64,000 nucleotides of DNA from Catajapyx aquilonaris (Eukaryota): positions 1 to 64,000 of the forward strand of contig JYFJ02000290.1 of the NCBI GenBank assembly GCA_000934665.2. Direction: 5' to 3'. The translations under genes and the position numbers were made by a program. The notes beneath the pieces are model-generated. The model searched no databases. It was not told where the DNA came from and saw nothing but the letters and a program-made list of their open reading frames with translations. Shown in pieces: positions 22,601 through 36,878 of the stretch (the stretch's first letter is position 1; each line of letters starts with the position of its first letter).

Positions 22601-25122
22601 TAATTGTACTTCAAGTCTCTGGGCATCAAAGTGGAGGTACTCAATTTAATTTAATGACATTCATCCAACCTCAAGCTTAGTTTCTTTTTCTACAGAATTT
22701 GTTGTCCACAGCCATGCATGTGTAGTAAAACCTGCGGAGTTGCTCCAATTTGTAAAGGTCCACAGTGCCAATAATGTGCCTCCAAATGGATTCCCCTAAG
22801 TGCATAATTAGGGCAAGTCGGCAGTCTTTTAAGCATCTAAGCGCATCTAAGTCAGTTGAATACACGTATGGGATAGAAGTGGCAACCAAACTATTTCAAA
22901 CAGGTTGAGAGCATTACTGTCAGTCTTGTAGAACAAGAATTTGTGAATATGTACGATATCACCTATAATGAGAACATAAGCTAACACATGTCCATAAATT
23001 GCATAAGAAAACCACTTCTTTCCCCCCCAACCTACTGGGAAATAACCACAATCTCAAAGTAAATCCATCATCTTGGGTGGGATGTCAGTTAGACAAACCA
23101 ACCAGGAAATGCACTGACTTACTGTCTCAGTAAATTGCACTTGCACCTGTCTTCCTGGTCAGCAGTCACCGTCCCTTACTTGTGGGTCTGTAGTTACAGA
23201 GTGATTTGCCTCTTCTCGTTGATCAGAGCTAATCAGTCTCAACAAGCGCAATATTCTTGTATGTACACTGTTGGGAAGCTTAACATTATGACCTTACTAA
23301 ATTCACACCCAATGTCAATCCACTGCATCAAAGTTTCCAGTTCTCCAGGAGATTCTCGAGTTCTTTAATCACCATATTATGAGATATCTACAGAAAAGTA
23401 CACCATCAATGAGACATTGAGCTATGAGGATTTACACTGCAATTCTAGGTGCTAAGGCAGGGCTTCCCAAGCTGTGGGTAGCCACCCCATTTGGTGTCGT
23501 GAAGATAATATTTGAGTTCGCGAGGGAGGGTAATAAATTATATTTTAACAAAATCATTCTCAAAATATATCAAGGAGTTGTCTATCAATTAATTTTTCCA
23601 AAAGAGAAAAACCTAACCCATTTTGATGACAAATTAATTACACATAACCTCAGGATTTAAGATCCACCTTCAGCATTGACTGACAAGTCGATGATACAGA
23701 TGCAATAGAAAAAGCTCCAAAAATGAGGTGCGCATCAGTTTGTATCAAGTCTTGTGTCAAATGACACAGGTGTGAGTGTTTTTTGTGGTGCAGATGATTT
23801 AGATTTCTTTTTCAGAATTCTTAAAAATGACATTACGATAACTGTTGAAATTCTCAGGTATACTTCAAGGATATGTGCCCAGGCCTATTGAAAATATTTC
23901 AGTTCATGTTGGAAGGAATGTGCCATGTAGGAGTAGGTCGACCTTGGGAGATGCTACTCCATCTCCAAGTCAGGAAGTGGAAGGAAATAAGGCATGACAA
24001 GTGGCAGGTTAAGTAAATGGCATCACGTGGTAAGGAACGTGCTTTGCACGTGCATGGGTTTTTCCCACCTTAGGCACCAAAGGTTGTCTTACGTCATCTG
24101 ACTTTCTGTGTACAAATGAAAAATAATTCTGCTCATATTTTATTTATCATTAGTATAGTCTTCCATACTTCTAATATTGATGTATTACTTTTAAAGTGTA
24201 TAATATGCTACAAAAATTCCTATCTTATCACTGCTTGCAACATAGCCACTCCATGACAGTGGATTTGGTAATAATTTGGTGCTAATATCACCGGTAAACT
24301 TCCATCATTCAGCCTTGGTGCATGGCCATCATGACACCTCCATTAACCCTTAACTACGTAGGCGGGCGAAACACCTCTAACTACATAGGTGGAGCCTGAG
24401 AGGCTCCAACGGTATAATTTAAATTTCTGCTTATCAACTAAATTGTTATATTTGACTTTTCACATACAGAAAGTGCAGTTCGTATCATTAGGCTTCCGAA
24501 AACGTAAAAATCACACGCGGTGTCAGCATATTCCGACAGGGAAAAATTTTTAATTAAAAGGTTACATCATGTTTGAGCCGCTCAGGCTTCACCTGCATAG
24601 GTAGATCCTGAGCGGTTCCAGGAGGGACCTGTTCCTCATTTTCATGCTTAGGAAGGTTTTTCTGACAAAGTCACGGAAGGACAGGGGAAAATAAAATCAA
24701 TGAAAAAGTTACATGCATTTAAATACTGCTTGGAGCCTCTCAGGCTCCACCTACGTAGTTAAGGGTTAATGATGCTGTGTTGGTGGTGAGCTGCTGGCAG
24801 CAGAAAAGGGAATCGAAGTGACGTGGTTGCTAATTCATCACTTGCCTGGCTCTTTTGGTGCCAGCTCCACCATTAACGTCCAGCACTGTACTAACCGTGA
24901 ACACCTTTGGCACGTCCCTCACTTCCATGTACCCCAAGTAGCGACACTCATATTGAACAAGAGTGTCCTCAATATACCTGCAGCCACTATAAGATTCCAT
25001 TTCCCACCTTCGTTCATTGGTCTGGTGCCCTGTTAAGTGTGTGTGTGTGTGTGAGTGCCTCTCACCTGATGCGAGGATCCGACACGGATCTCCCCGTGAG
25101 GCGTAGACATCTCGTCACTCAT
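16672..25122 (-). CDS. Gug: Atrophin / Grunge / RERE transcriptional corepressor, about 1410 aa. Exons 25122-25066, 22353-22120, 22025-21608, 21375-21188, 21117-21007, 20666-18757, 18644-18482, 18171-17087, 16738-16672
   Basis: ELM2 ([15 protein letters not shown]...[18 protein letters not shown]), SANT ([30 protein letters not shown]...FYYLWKKT), GATA-like finger, Atrophin domain ([71 protein letters not shown]), C-terminus [16 protein letters not shown]. All junctions are GT-AG and in frame (4233 nt). Confidence 0.95.
24347..24765. mobile_element. Non-autonomous piggyBac-type element in an Atrophin intron
   Basis: TTAA-CCCTTAACTACGTAGG...CCTACGTAGTTAAGGG-TTAA, plus subterminal inverted repeat GGTGGAGCCTGAGAGGCTCCA. 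Confidence 0.85.
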
Positions 25123-27767
25123 CCATTACAGCTTTATGGAACCACCTGCAACAAACATGTCTGGTCACAGGATGGAACAGGAAGGGAAAAAAAGGCAAAC
25201 TCACCTCAGCGCAAATCGAACCCGAGAGTATCGGGTGGAGCTTATTGTTCCAGTCGCAATATTAATTCGACCACGGTCGAGCTGCCTCCATTACAGGGGG
25301 GTGGAGGTCGCCCTTTCCATTCGCCCTCCCGTTCCCGAAGGGGGCCATTAATGCCGATTCGCACTCCATTACAGGAGTTCTTCCAGAGGTGGTCAATGGC
25401 CCAACTGGAAAGCACGGCAACGTCGCACACAATCAGCGGACATTCGAACTGGATGCGCAATGGTACTGCCGCGCAGGAAGTGACAAAATAGTCGTAGCTG
25501 CTACTTTTGGCGGAAGGTACGGTTCATGTGCGACTGTCATGTACTGTTGTGTCTCGAATGGCTGTCGTACAAGTGCTGCATGGTGTCGCACTCGTGGCGC
25601 CATGAGCAGATGGCAGTAACAGAGCGAATTAGTTGGTAATGCATCACTTTTGCATACAGCAGCTTGTGGCGCCACCAGTACGACATCACTACTGTACCAG
25701 TGAGTTGAAGCTGGTTTGGGAAATGTTGGTGTTAAATGTATGTACCAGGGGTCGAATCTTTAAAAATTTTGTCCTGCAGTACTGGGGTACATGCACAATG
25801 ATGCACATTTGCTCATTTTAGGTTTTAAAAAAATTTGTCATCTTGTAGCTCACCTCTTTTGACAAGATGCTCAGCATGGAGAACGGCCAGAAGTGATTGG
25901 TGGCTAGTGTTCATCTCACCAGTCAGATGGTGCAGGTGGACAACTCGACTTTATCGATGGTGTATACAGTACTTGAACCGACTTGAACAGTAGTCTAATC
26001 ATTTATTGCGAAATTTCCACAGGGTCAGCAGCACTGCTAGGATTCCATAATGTCTGGGGCACGTGTACAATGCTGACGTTCAAGTCATTCAAGTTCCTGT
26101 TTCATTCTCCAAATCGTTCCAAATATAGTATGGGGACGGTCGGATTGTACGAGCGAGTTGACGTGCGTATTTTACATGATGCTGCATGCTGTATTATACT
26201 GTGTAAGTACTTGGTGCTCGCCTTACATTGGAATGTCAAACTGGCCGGATGCAGAATCAGCCTGGAATTCTGCCAGCACTGACTCTGAATCATTGATGAA
26301 AAACTCTAGTTGTCTTTGGCACAAAGTCAAGGCCATGTAATGGGTAACTATAACAACGAGACTGATTGGTACCACTTGAGAAATCCACGAAATGCTTCAT
26401 GATGGAGGACTTTTGGTTCCACTGTAACCACTGATCTGGAAAAATATGCAGCATGGAATATTTATTGGCACTAAAAAGGAAAGAGGGCATACGGTATTGA
26501 AGCTAATGGACTTCTTATTATATTCGAAGAAAAGTTTTACCTCTCCATCGCATGCAAGAACTCTACCGGTATATGTCAAAATGAAATGAATTTGTTTCCC
26601 TATACACGAACGATGTCAAAAGCAGAGGAGTGATATTTTTGTACTTTTAGACGGATTTCGTGTTTATGTAAGGTTGATGCAGTATAGATAAGAAAATGCC
26701 AGGCCAAGAAGGTCGCTTGTTCGAGTTGAAAAATACGTCTGAACTAGCTACTGTAAGCAGCATTAATCTAACACCACTAATTATTACAATAGCTTAAAAG
26801 TGATGTTATTATATGTAGAAATATGCTGATCGAAGTAATTTATACCTTATGCCTGCGGGTTCATGCTCTAATTTTAATTTTCACAGGGGGATTTTTAAAG
26901 GCGTATGTTCATAGTTTTTGCTCGAAAAAAACCTAATTTAATAGGAACTCTTAATTTAATTAGTAATCAGGGTTTTAAAAAACTGTACTGTACTGTCTGG
27001 TGTATATAACATATGCTAATGTAAACTCTTCTCTGATATATATTTTGCAAATTTGAAGGTACAGTGCTTAAGTTACTGCTTGATAATAATATTGTTTAAC
27101 TATAGAAGCACTGACACATTGCAGAAGCACCATTGTTGAAGATTGCGTCTGGCGTCCTGTCGTTGCAACTGAACCAACGCAATGACGTCCTTCCAACTTC
27201 TGCAATATGAGGCTCATCCCCAATTATTAGTCTTCAGACGCTGAAGTGCACAGTCTTATAACATTCTGAAGTAGGATAGCCTTATTTACGGCTCACACTG
27301 ATATTTTTGCAAGGTTATTGGTATAAAAACTTTGGCTGTTGATGTGAAAAATATAGCAAATTACATACTGCTAGTCCAATGGAGAGTTCTTTTGAAGCAG
27401 CTTATGTGGAGAGCGTTGCTAGTATTATTCGCTAAATGAATTGAATAAGCACTGTAGATGGCAAACTTTTGGCCAGCAGCAGGTCTGGTGAGCTGGCAAA
27501 AGAATGATTAGAAAAATGCTGACCATCACGACGAGAGTTGTGTAAAGAGACTCGTCCAGAAACAAGCGTCACGTGATCTTCAGTGCCAGGTCACCATCTG
27601 GAAAGAAAGATAATGTTACGCTTTGTCAAAAACCATTGTTATTTAACACTTAAGTACGCGGTGAATTAAATATTGCACTTAAACTGATAACTGGATGTCG
27701 CTGTTTCAACCAATTGCCATTAGCAATAATCATACGTCCATATGCAAATTTTTTAATTTTTTAAACT

Positions 27768-28287
27768 TCCCTAACTCGAATTTCTATAACTTCCCTAACT
27801 CGAATTTCTATAACTCGAAGTTCTCCATAACTCGAAGTGCAGGGAGGGCCTTTCGATGGGATTTCAATGCATTTTCAGTCTCCCTAAGTAGAAGTTCATG
27901 TTGGTGAGTACGGAAAATGTTCTCATTTCCCAACCGAAGGGTCGAGAGTAGGCCACGTGTACAGAAAGGCTCAATTTCCTGATCTCCGTCTGCCAGATGT
28001 AACCAAAGAAGTGTTTGACTCGATTGTGACTATTGAATCCTTGAATCTAAGAGTAGGCAAATGTCCATCACGGATTTTTTTTACACCAAAACAACGAGGA
28101 ACATTGTAAGTGTGATAGTGACAGTCTTTTTTAAGTTTTGAACACCTTTTGTCGCTGGATATAAAGGTAGGCTTCCTTATAGAGTTACGTGCTTTAAAAA
28201 AATCCAAACTTCTCTAACTCGAATCTTCTATAACTCGAAGTTTTTTCCCCGGTCCTATGGAGATTCGACTTATATAAGTTTTACTGT
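27768..28287. mobile_element. pogo/Tigger-like non-autonomous element, left end damaged
   Basis: Repeated TAACTCGAA subterminal motifs at both sides; right end AGTTTTACTG-TA. Confidence 0.55.
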
Positions 28288-31200
28288 ATATTTTACAATG
28301 TGCATGTTATTGAACAAAATGTGACCTCAAAGTTGATGTTATCTTAACGATTATGGATTTGATAATTGCCATGCAGCATAAATTTCACATTGCCACTAAT
28401 CCCTCTTGGATGCACACAAATTTTTCACTTATTTTATGTGACGTGAAGTGACTACTGAAAAATTCCACGAATATCGCAATTTTTAAATACATTCTGACGA
28501 GGAATTTGTGCACCTTCTGTTGTGCTGCGCAGTAATTTTTGGTGGCAGTTTCTCATGAATCACATGAAATATCTGAGACCTCGTCCATATAGAAAGTTGC
28601 ACCGTCCAATGAGTGATGAACATGTCTCATTCTCTGTTACCTTTGAAGGTCCATTACATGACAACATACTGGCACTGGCACCTGTCAACGGGCATGTCCT
28701 AGTGTCGTATGGTTTGGAGATACGTCCGCATGGAGTAAGGAAAAAAAAGAAGTGTGTCAAGGGCGGCGCAATTGAAACGGCACGGGGGTTTAGTTCAGGG
28801 TAGAGTATAAATAAAGAGGTTTTAATTTACTTGTTGCGCGGTTTGTGTTCGGCATCTGCGAGTCAACCGTCAAGGGCTTATTCCAATTGGATGTTGTTTC
28901 AAGGTTTTGCTTATTGGAGGTTTTTTTATGGTCTCTGGCGCAAGTGGATTTGTGAGGCAATTGTGTGACTTGTGTTTTAATCGACAGTGTAATACTATTA
29001 TGTGAGGCGTGATTATATTGTTGTTTACGTTTCATTTTAGTCCCAGTATAACAACGATTACTTATTTTGTTCCGGTGTATTACAGGAGAGGGAAACACGT
29101 GTAGATTCCAACACTTATAGACTAATGAGTGAAATCTATTGCTATATTTGTCCACCTTGCATGTCAATTGGCCATACAACTGACTCTGCTTTTTAATTTC
29201 TGATGAAGATGATGTCGTTGGATCCGATATTTCACAATGAAAAATATTCGGTCTAATTATGCCAATCAGCCAAATTTCAGGGTCTATTAGGAGTGCCCTC
29301 GGTTTGAACTATGAGGTCAATAGATCTGAAACAGTTAATTACCAACTGAGATTATTCCACCTCCACAATTGACATATTTTTCTACTTTTTTCTAATAATT
29401 AAATCCGATTGTCGCTCATAGCTATATGAGCACATGCTGTCTGTCAAAGTGTTTCGACCTGCGCTATAGCCTACTCTACGAATATGAAATGTGTAAGAAA
29501 AAACACGAGCGGATGTGGGTCCCAAGATATATTTTGGCGAAATATTTTTGAGAGATAGAACATGAGATGCATGATTCAGAAGTCTGTAACTTGGCCCCCG
29601 AAGTCTCGTTGCCAAACCCACGGTTTCAAATATTGGGACATCATCTTGCCTTTTTAATAAAATAATTTTGTCGCAGGTAGTTGTAGACTGTATCTTATGA
29701 TACCCTGGATATTTGTCGCAGAAGATTTGTGAAACCAGGGCCTAATGCAACTGTTGTCAGGTTTTGTAAGATGCTGCTTCTGAGGATCAAAATAATAAAT
29801 TATTAACAACGTTAGTATGAAAGTGCTATAGGCCTTTATATTTCCCAAGAGACATTTCATCGCGGAACATTCCAGAAGAGACATCTTTTGTGTCATCCAC
29901 ATGAATTATTCCCTGACAATTCCACTTCCAGCCGGCTATTGCAACAGGTGTGAGATAAAAGATGCCGAAAAAGGCAGCCCTCCCTCATTTATTAAACATT
30001 ATTTACTACAACAGTATATAAGAAAGATGTTTTTCGTCTCACACATATTCACAAGCATCGGACACCAAATCTGCAAATCCAAAGGTACAGCAAAGGCGCC
30101 TTCTGCACGAGCCAATAAGGATTACAGAACAATTATTGCAATTACGCTATGCCCATCTGTTTGAAATCTTTAATTCCCGAGAACAGTACGTAACAAAGTG
30201 AGCTACGTCCATACCACCCTTCCTGGTTTGAGTATCATGGATGGAAATGAGTTTGTCTGGCTTCATTTGGATTTCAAATTGCTAGCCAACCACGTCACCA
30301 TGAACGTCACGGTATGTATGGAAAGTCGTGTCTAATATACCATTGGAATTCAAACACGACGACTGTTCGTGTACAAAACTGTCGTCAAATGACAATAAAA
30401 TTGTCGTCGTCAATTATTTTGGATCCAATCACTGACTGCCAATAGGTGGTCCGCTGATTGTTTTGGTTTTTGTATTCCCTGGCCAGTAACCGTTATCTAA
30501 TGTCCACCTGTGAGAATGCTGTTCGAAGGCTAAAAAGTGTTGCAAATGGGCTAACTGAAAGGCTAATCAGGGAAGGGAGTGGGGGAAGATAGAGAGGAAA
30601 AAATCTGTAAGTTGCGTCATTAGAATTTGCGATTTTGCTCGGCAAGGCCTTTCAAACCGGGTTAGGAAACAGGCCTCATGTGCACTTATGATGCTGGAAA
30701 TCAAGGACAGCTATAGTAACAAAATAGTACAAACTTGTTGATTGTTCAGTGGCTAATGAAGGTTACATTTGAATGAGGATAAGGGGTGACCTAATGAAGG
30801 TTACAGTCAGGTGATAACAGTAAGATCGAGGTGATTGCACTTTATTGTATGCAGCATGCATGCTTCTGTAGTAAATAAGTTCTTACATTTTTAAAATCGA
30901 AAAATACTAATGCTGCTTCCTTTATGAATTAAGGTTCCATCAGGGTTCCATGTTAAATAAAATATTGTAGCGAATTTACATATTTACATTACAATTTCAA
31001 GCACTGACAGAGCAGCGAACAAATTATTGCACCGTGAAGTAAAGAAAATGCTAATAAAATGCAGTTTATTCTGTTTCATGGGTATTGCGAGATTGTTGTT
31101 GCACCAAATCAGATAGTGTAAATGCATAAATTATGTAAATAAGTACCCGTACATAAACTTGCTAGTTAAACCTGACTTGCAGTATATGCCCCATGCGTCT

Positions 31201-34200
31201 CTGCACACCAAATTGCATACCAAAGCATCATCAGAAAAAAAACAGTCCCCTTTAAAAACCAGCATCCAAGTCCTCTGGAATAACTAAAAGTTCTCTGAAA
31301 AAACAACACACCAGTAAGTTAACCTTGATTATCTCCCCTCCTGGCGCAATGATATATTCATCACCTGCATGTGTTATGCACTAGCCCTACAGGATTGCGT
31401 CACAATGAGGAATCGAACCTCCTGTTGCAATGAACTTGAGGAGAGACAAACCGAGAGGCACTCTTTTGAGGCCATGTATGACGGTGGTATCTTGGACAGC
31501 AAAAGGTTCCCTGGAGGAAAAGACTATTTTAAGACTGTTCCAAGGTGGATGCTCCAGGCAAATGCGCATCAGGATCCAAATAAGATTGGGCGTCCTAGAC
31601 ACGTGGAACTAGACACTCTCATCCACACATGCTTGTCAGGAAAAAAAAGTTTGCATGCAGTTTGGGGGGGTGTGGAGGAAACAACGTCAAGAGGCGCCGG
31701 ACACGTGCGTAGTCTGGTGACGACTTGTATCGGTCTGGGAATGATTCTCATTGAAATGAGTGCGATTTCTAATCGCAGAAGGCGTGGGAGCGTGCGATTC
31801 TATGCGGAAAAACCGCGCGTGGCTGACACCGACTGATTAGGTCTGCCTGATGCAAGAGGTGTTGACTGTTATGGTTCATTTACCAAGAATTATCAAAATA
31901 TCTAATTAGGTACTTGCCTCGATTATTACCATTACCTGATGGTCGGGAGAGTAATAGCATTATTTAGTTGCGTACTGAACGAGGTCTTTCATATCCGTGT
32001 TTACTGATGTTGTAAGCACACAAAGGCTACTAGCTTTTACTCACACTTTTGAGCATTAGTGTAGGTATCAATATGATGGTTCACCGCGGATTGATCAGAT
32101 GATTGGTCGAGGGAATAATGTCCCAAACCAGAATAATTGTGCAAGTGTTAATGAGATAATGGGCGTTTAATGCTCACAATGCCGCAGTGTTATTCATTAC
32201 AGCCTTATCAGCGCTACATGGGGATACATTGGTCAGGTATGATTGGTTTACAAACAAGTTGGTAAACATGATTGCAACTTGATTTAAACCTGCATTAGGT
32301 TTGGTGCATTTGCTTGCATGAAAGAGTAGCTTCAAGAATCTTTTCGCATTCAAAATACTTTGTTCACTGTTTAGGTTATCTAATAGCTAGTGTAGGATGA
32401 GTGCACTGTTGCTATTTCCCACACACATTTCCCAATGTTTTCGTAAAACACGATCCATATACTGAAGTCCACCTCATTATTTTCGAGGTCTTTTCCGCAA
32501 GGTTCAAAAAAAATTTCAAACACATAGTACTCTTCTCATAGGGACCTTCATCAGATTGGCAATGACGTCAGTTCACAAACTGCGTCAAATGTTCTCGTAC
32601 GATAACAGAGAATGAAATTAATGTAAGCCCATCTAATTGTATATTTTATTATCCCCATAATCTTGGGTACATTCCACCCTACACTTGTAGCAAAAAATAT
32701 ACCAAAAATAACCTTTACATACACACGTCATAGTACCACGCACACGTATGACACAGTTCATAAAATAATACATTTCTAATGTTATTATCTACTGTAGTTA
32801 CAGTATTATCAAAAGTATCTGTCAGTTGCTCTTATTTCTAATGTTTTGTCTCGTGGCAAAAACCCACTTGGTCTGGCGTAATATAGTAGTGTTCTGACCA
32901 TATCTGTGAGCATAGAATCTTCCTACAGCTTTAATTAGGCCTCCTGGGCATGTTAATTACTGGCGCTGCGAAGTGTCACAAACGCGAATAATGAGACGAC
33001 AGAATTCTGGAAACACAATGAAACATCTTATTATCAGCGAATTACAAGGCGGCCTTGCTCCAGTCACATTATCTTAGGGCCTAGCTACCTGAGAAAGGAC
33101 TAGAACCAACCAAATCGTTATTGATATATTACTTTATCACACATAGTCAATTAGCTATCAGGAAGTACCATACACAGCTAAATGGCTAAAGGCACTTGTC
33201 GTGGGTATGTTGCACATTTGGTGCACTTCAGGCGTCATCTTTGTTCAATAATATTCGGAAGCTGGGATAGTACCCGGGTGCACATACTTGCATCAGACAA
33301 CAAAACGTTCTCCTCAGAGTCCAAAAGTCTGACCCGGCAGCAAAAAGGTCTGATTAGAATTCCAGAAACCGTTCTACACCCGACCGTACAGTAGAGCAGG
33401 GTTAATTATTACGACACTCTCTAGGATCCTTCGATACAGACCTACCAACTTCTGCGTGGCAGACTTCACAGCACCCTGAGACCAGAGACATTTACCGATA
33501 GAAAGTGAGGTTGTATGGTAAACGTGCGCGGAAGATGAAGCATCATGGCTGGAACGGTAGGAAACAAGCCCAGAGTGCACTTGACAGTGATGTCTTCTAG
33601 GCCAAGTAGGTCGCTTTCTGGCATAGATAAGTCCCATTTGCATTCGCTCCTCTGATTACAAGCAAAGGAACCATTATTAGTTTCTGGAGGTTGCCAGAAG
33701 CTCCCATGGCCCCCATATGGCCGCTTGCTTCTGCCATCCAGGGACACGTGGACGGCGGCCATTTGGATTAGCGGTACATAGGCCTGGCCTGTGGGATGCT
33801 GGGCCTAAGTCGAAAAAAGAAGGATGCTGTGGTGACCTCCTCCACATGCAAGGCATTCATGAATGATAACAAAGCGAACCGCTCGGGGTATTGGTTTCGA
33901 TGGATGGTAAGCTTGGTGGGAATGGAACGGTTTCGATTGTTATCTCCCGGCTGGTGCTTCATGCTGTCCCCATCAGGAGAAACAAGCAGTACGATTAGCA
34001 ACCGACATTTGACTCACCAATGTGAGAAGGCCCGGGAAATCATATATGCCTGTCTTGGAAGTTGTTGCCGCGCAGCAGCACAGATGGAGAGAGACTCTCT
34101 TTGGATAATGTCTCACTCGTTAGGAGCCTGTAACGTGATCGATGTCGAACCAGCCTGTGCCGGCATATCCAGCTGGAACACCCACCATGGAAAAGAAAGA

Positions 34201-35250
34201 AAAACCCGGCTCCATTCTAAAACTTTACATCCTAATGAAATCGCAACAAGCCGCATCTGGCGCATAATGATGCACGAATATGACGGAATATTCTAGCTTT
34301 GCTGCAGCAACCAAGTATCGACCAACTCTGGATGATGTTTGGCAGGTGTATTGCATTTCTCCTGCAGAATTCTGCTTCGTTTCACGTGCCGCTTCTCCTG
34401 GTATCATTTGACGAAGGCTGGCACCAATCATTTATACCTTGTCCATAATTCATGCGTATCGTTTGCAATATTCATCACGATGCTGCCTGTTGCTCAGCCG
34501 TGCATGGTAACAAGTTAATGTAAATTTTCGGTTTGATGTCTAGACGGTCCGCGTGTTATTTGGTAATTTCGAAAGTTTTTATAATGGTGCTAGAGTCTGG
34601 TTTCGACAACATGGGACTGACGTAACAAGGCAGCTGCTGATCCTTACAGTATTCGGCCTCATTTCCGCGATGCACGTTATGTAGGCCTATTCCGGGGGAC
34701 CCATAGAACACCCGGAACCCTGCTTGTAATTGCACCACGTAGGAACGTCACGTATTCTACGTACACCCAAAAGAATGAGTGTTTGACGTCATTTCATAAC
34801 GTGTGGGGCAAACCAGACAGTGGTACTTGGTATATATTGCGGACGGTCAATGTTCTTGATGAGCTGATAACAGATGGGGTCAGAATCTAATGGTGAGAAA
34901 GTGAAGCCAAACTGCTGGGGTGCCTGTCACATTTGCATAAATTTCCAGTTTAGAATTGCGAGGAGCATCTCACAAAGATTAGAAAAAAGGAGTGATTTAT
35001 TGTTGTAACTGTATCGCGGTTTGGTGGATCATCGCTCCGAACTCTTATTGCTATCGTAGATTATAGTTGATGGTGCTGTTGTTGGACTTGTAATTTATTT
35101 CAGTTACACACTGCGCAGATTTAATATTGTACTTTGGCAGTATGGACCTGGTAGCGTATCATAATTATTATTGAGAACATCCAGTGCCTTTAAAATGTTG
35201 TAAGTAAGTGATGACCTGAAATGAAGACTGATCAGTCACTTTTGGATGAT

Positions 35251-35589
35251 TTTTTTTCCATTACCCCACGGGGGGAGCTATCTACTCCTTAGGGGGGGGG
35301 GGGGTGGAATTACCACCATCGGGATTTGTTGGAGAGAGTTAAGAAGAATCTTATTATAGTGTACTCCAAGGGTAGTTGGGAGGGGATGTGCAAAATGCAT
35401 GTGCAATGTCTCTAACGGTCACTTTGTGAACTCCCCCGGGTGGCTTAGTCTGTCGGAAATTGCCATCCGAAATGAAGCCAGAGATGGCCCAACTCTTCAC
35501 GGATAAAGGTGGGAGCCCCGGGTGGGGATTGAACCCGGGACCTTCATGTCCGTGGGCGCACGCGTTACCGCGACGCCACTTCATCTCCC
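35251..35589 (-). mobile_element. tRNA-derived SINE, family A
   Basis: Colinear similarity to 9051-9376; A and B boxes; A-rich tail; 14-bp TSD CACTTTTGGATGAT at 35237-35250 and 35590-35603. Confidence 0.88.
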
Positions 35590-36508
35590 CACTTTTGGAT
35601 GATATTGCGAGATATAAATTCATTAGCCCTTATGGAGCCCATTTTTCAAGTATTCATTTTGGGGATCTAATTATTGCTCCATCATGAAACTAACTTGACA
35701 GTCAGAAAGAGCACATCCATAACTACTATATACCAAACAATGCCTAACTCAATATTGACCAAAATATGAATCATACCTTTCTGTATTCCAAGTTTTCCAC
35801 AGTCACATCTTATTTTCACGAAAGTACAGGACAGATGACTAAAGAATGAGTCTTTAAGTGTCTATAATTTTCATGACTTTAACATGCTTTAATAACGAAT
35901 TTATGTGCATATGCACTACTACCGGTAGCAGTATAGTAAGTAGAACTCTCATAATTATTTTGCTATGAACATATCCTTTCTTTAAAGTAAATCATTATAT
36001 AAGTTCCTGCAATATACGCAGTGAAGCTATAGGAGCACCATGTACTGTAGTACATCTTGATGTACATGACGTTCCAGTGAGCCTCTCTCTGAAGACATAC
36101 TGTATGATACTCCGCGGTCTTCCGTGGTCATGTCTCGCTGCAGTCCTCTTGTTGCGATGCAGTCCAACCACACAAACACAACCACAGTATGGCCTACAGT
36201 TTCATCAACATAATATCTTGACTTACAGCACAGGGAGGAGTTAATATAACAACATTACAACAAACTGTAACCCTTTGTCTGTTGAGGCGCAAGGCTTTTC
36301 CTTTGCATTCATAATGTCAGTAAATATGCATAAGTTTCCTTGGGGAATCTGATATTATTCAAAGCCACATCCCAGGGTGTAACCAACCAACCTTTCTGAA
36401 TTCTCTGCCTGGAGTTGTAGGCCAGTGTAATACTCCTGCTGTATATAGGGTGTTCCAAGTTCGTGGGTAGTTTTTTGTTTATCACTGATATCGTCCGAAG
36501 TGGTTCTT

Positions 36509-36593
36509 TTTGTGTAGCTTGTTGTGCCCCGATCCAGGTTCCTCAGCATACAGTACTGAGGCACCTGGATTGGAGCACAACAAGCTACACAAA
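36509..36593. repeat. 85-nt hairpin
   Basis: 38-bp arms, 35 of 38 complementary, 9-nt loop. Confidence 0.85.
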
Positions 36594-36734
36594 TATAACA
36601 GATTTGAGCGAAATTTCGTATAACTATATAACTATAATATTATAAAAGGCCCCGCGAACTTGGAACACCTTGGTATATGGTTCGCATTATGATGAGATAT
36701 GTCCATTATTGTGTTTAAACTTTTAAAAATACGT

Positions 36735-36878
36735 GGGGGAGGCAGAATGGTGCTGCGGTAACCCACGCGCCCACGGATGTTAAGGTCCCTGGTTCGATCC
36801 CAGCCCGGGGTTCCCCCTTTCATCTCGTGCAGTTGGGCCATCTCTGGCTTCGTCTCGGGTGGAAATTTCCGCTAGACT
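36735..36878 (+). mobile_element. 3'-truncated tRNA-derived SINE, family A
   Basis: GGGAGGCAGAATGGTGCTGCGGTAA...GGTTCGATCCC head matching the other two copies. Confidence 0.8.

Noticed and set aside
23120..23240. Minus-strand VTTDPQVR / RCKCN, faintly like the RERE BAH region
   Set aside because: Interrupted by stops, in different frames, and located downstream of the ELM2 start exon, which is the wrong order.
23458..23520. hAT-like terminus CAGGGCTTCCCAAGCTGTGGG
   Set aside because: No matching second end found; too fragmentary to annotate.
25850..30200. Possible decayed transposase or other coding relics
   Set aside because: Only short broken ORFs with no motif I can identify; needs tBLASTn.
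31369..31836. 155-aa ORF
   Set aside because: No recognisable domain or splice context.
33420..34430. GC-richer block with 98-166 aa ORFs, possibly an old LINE fragment
   Set aside because: No RT or endonuclease motif visible.
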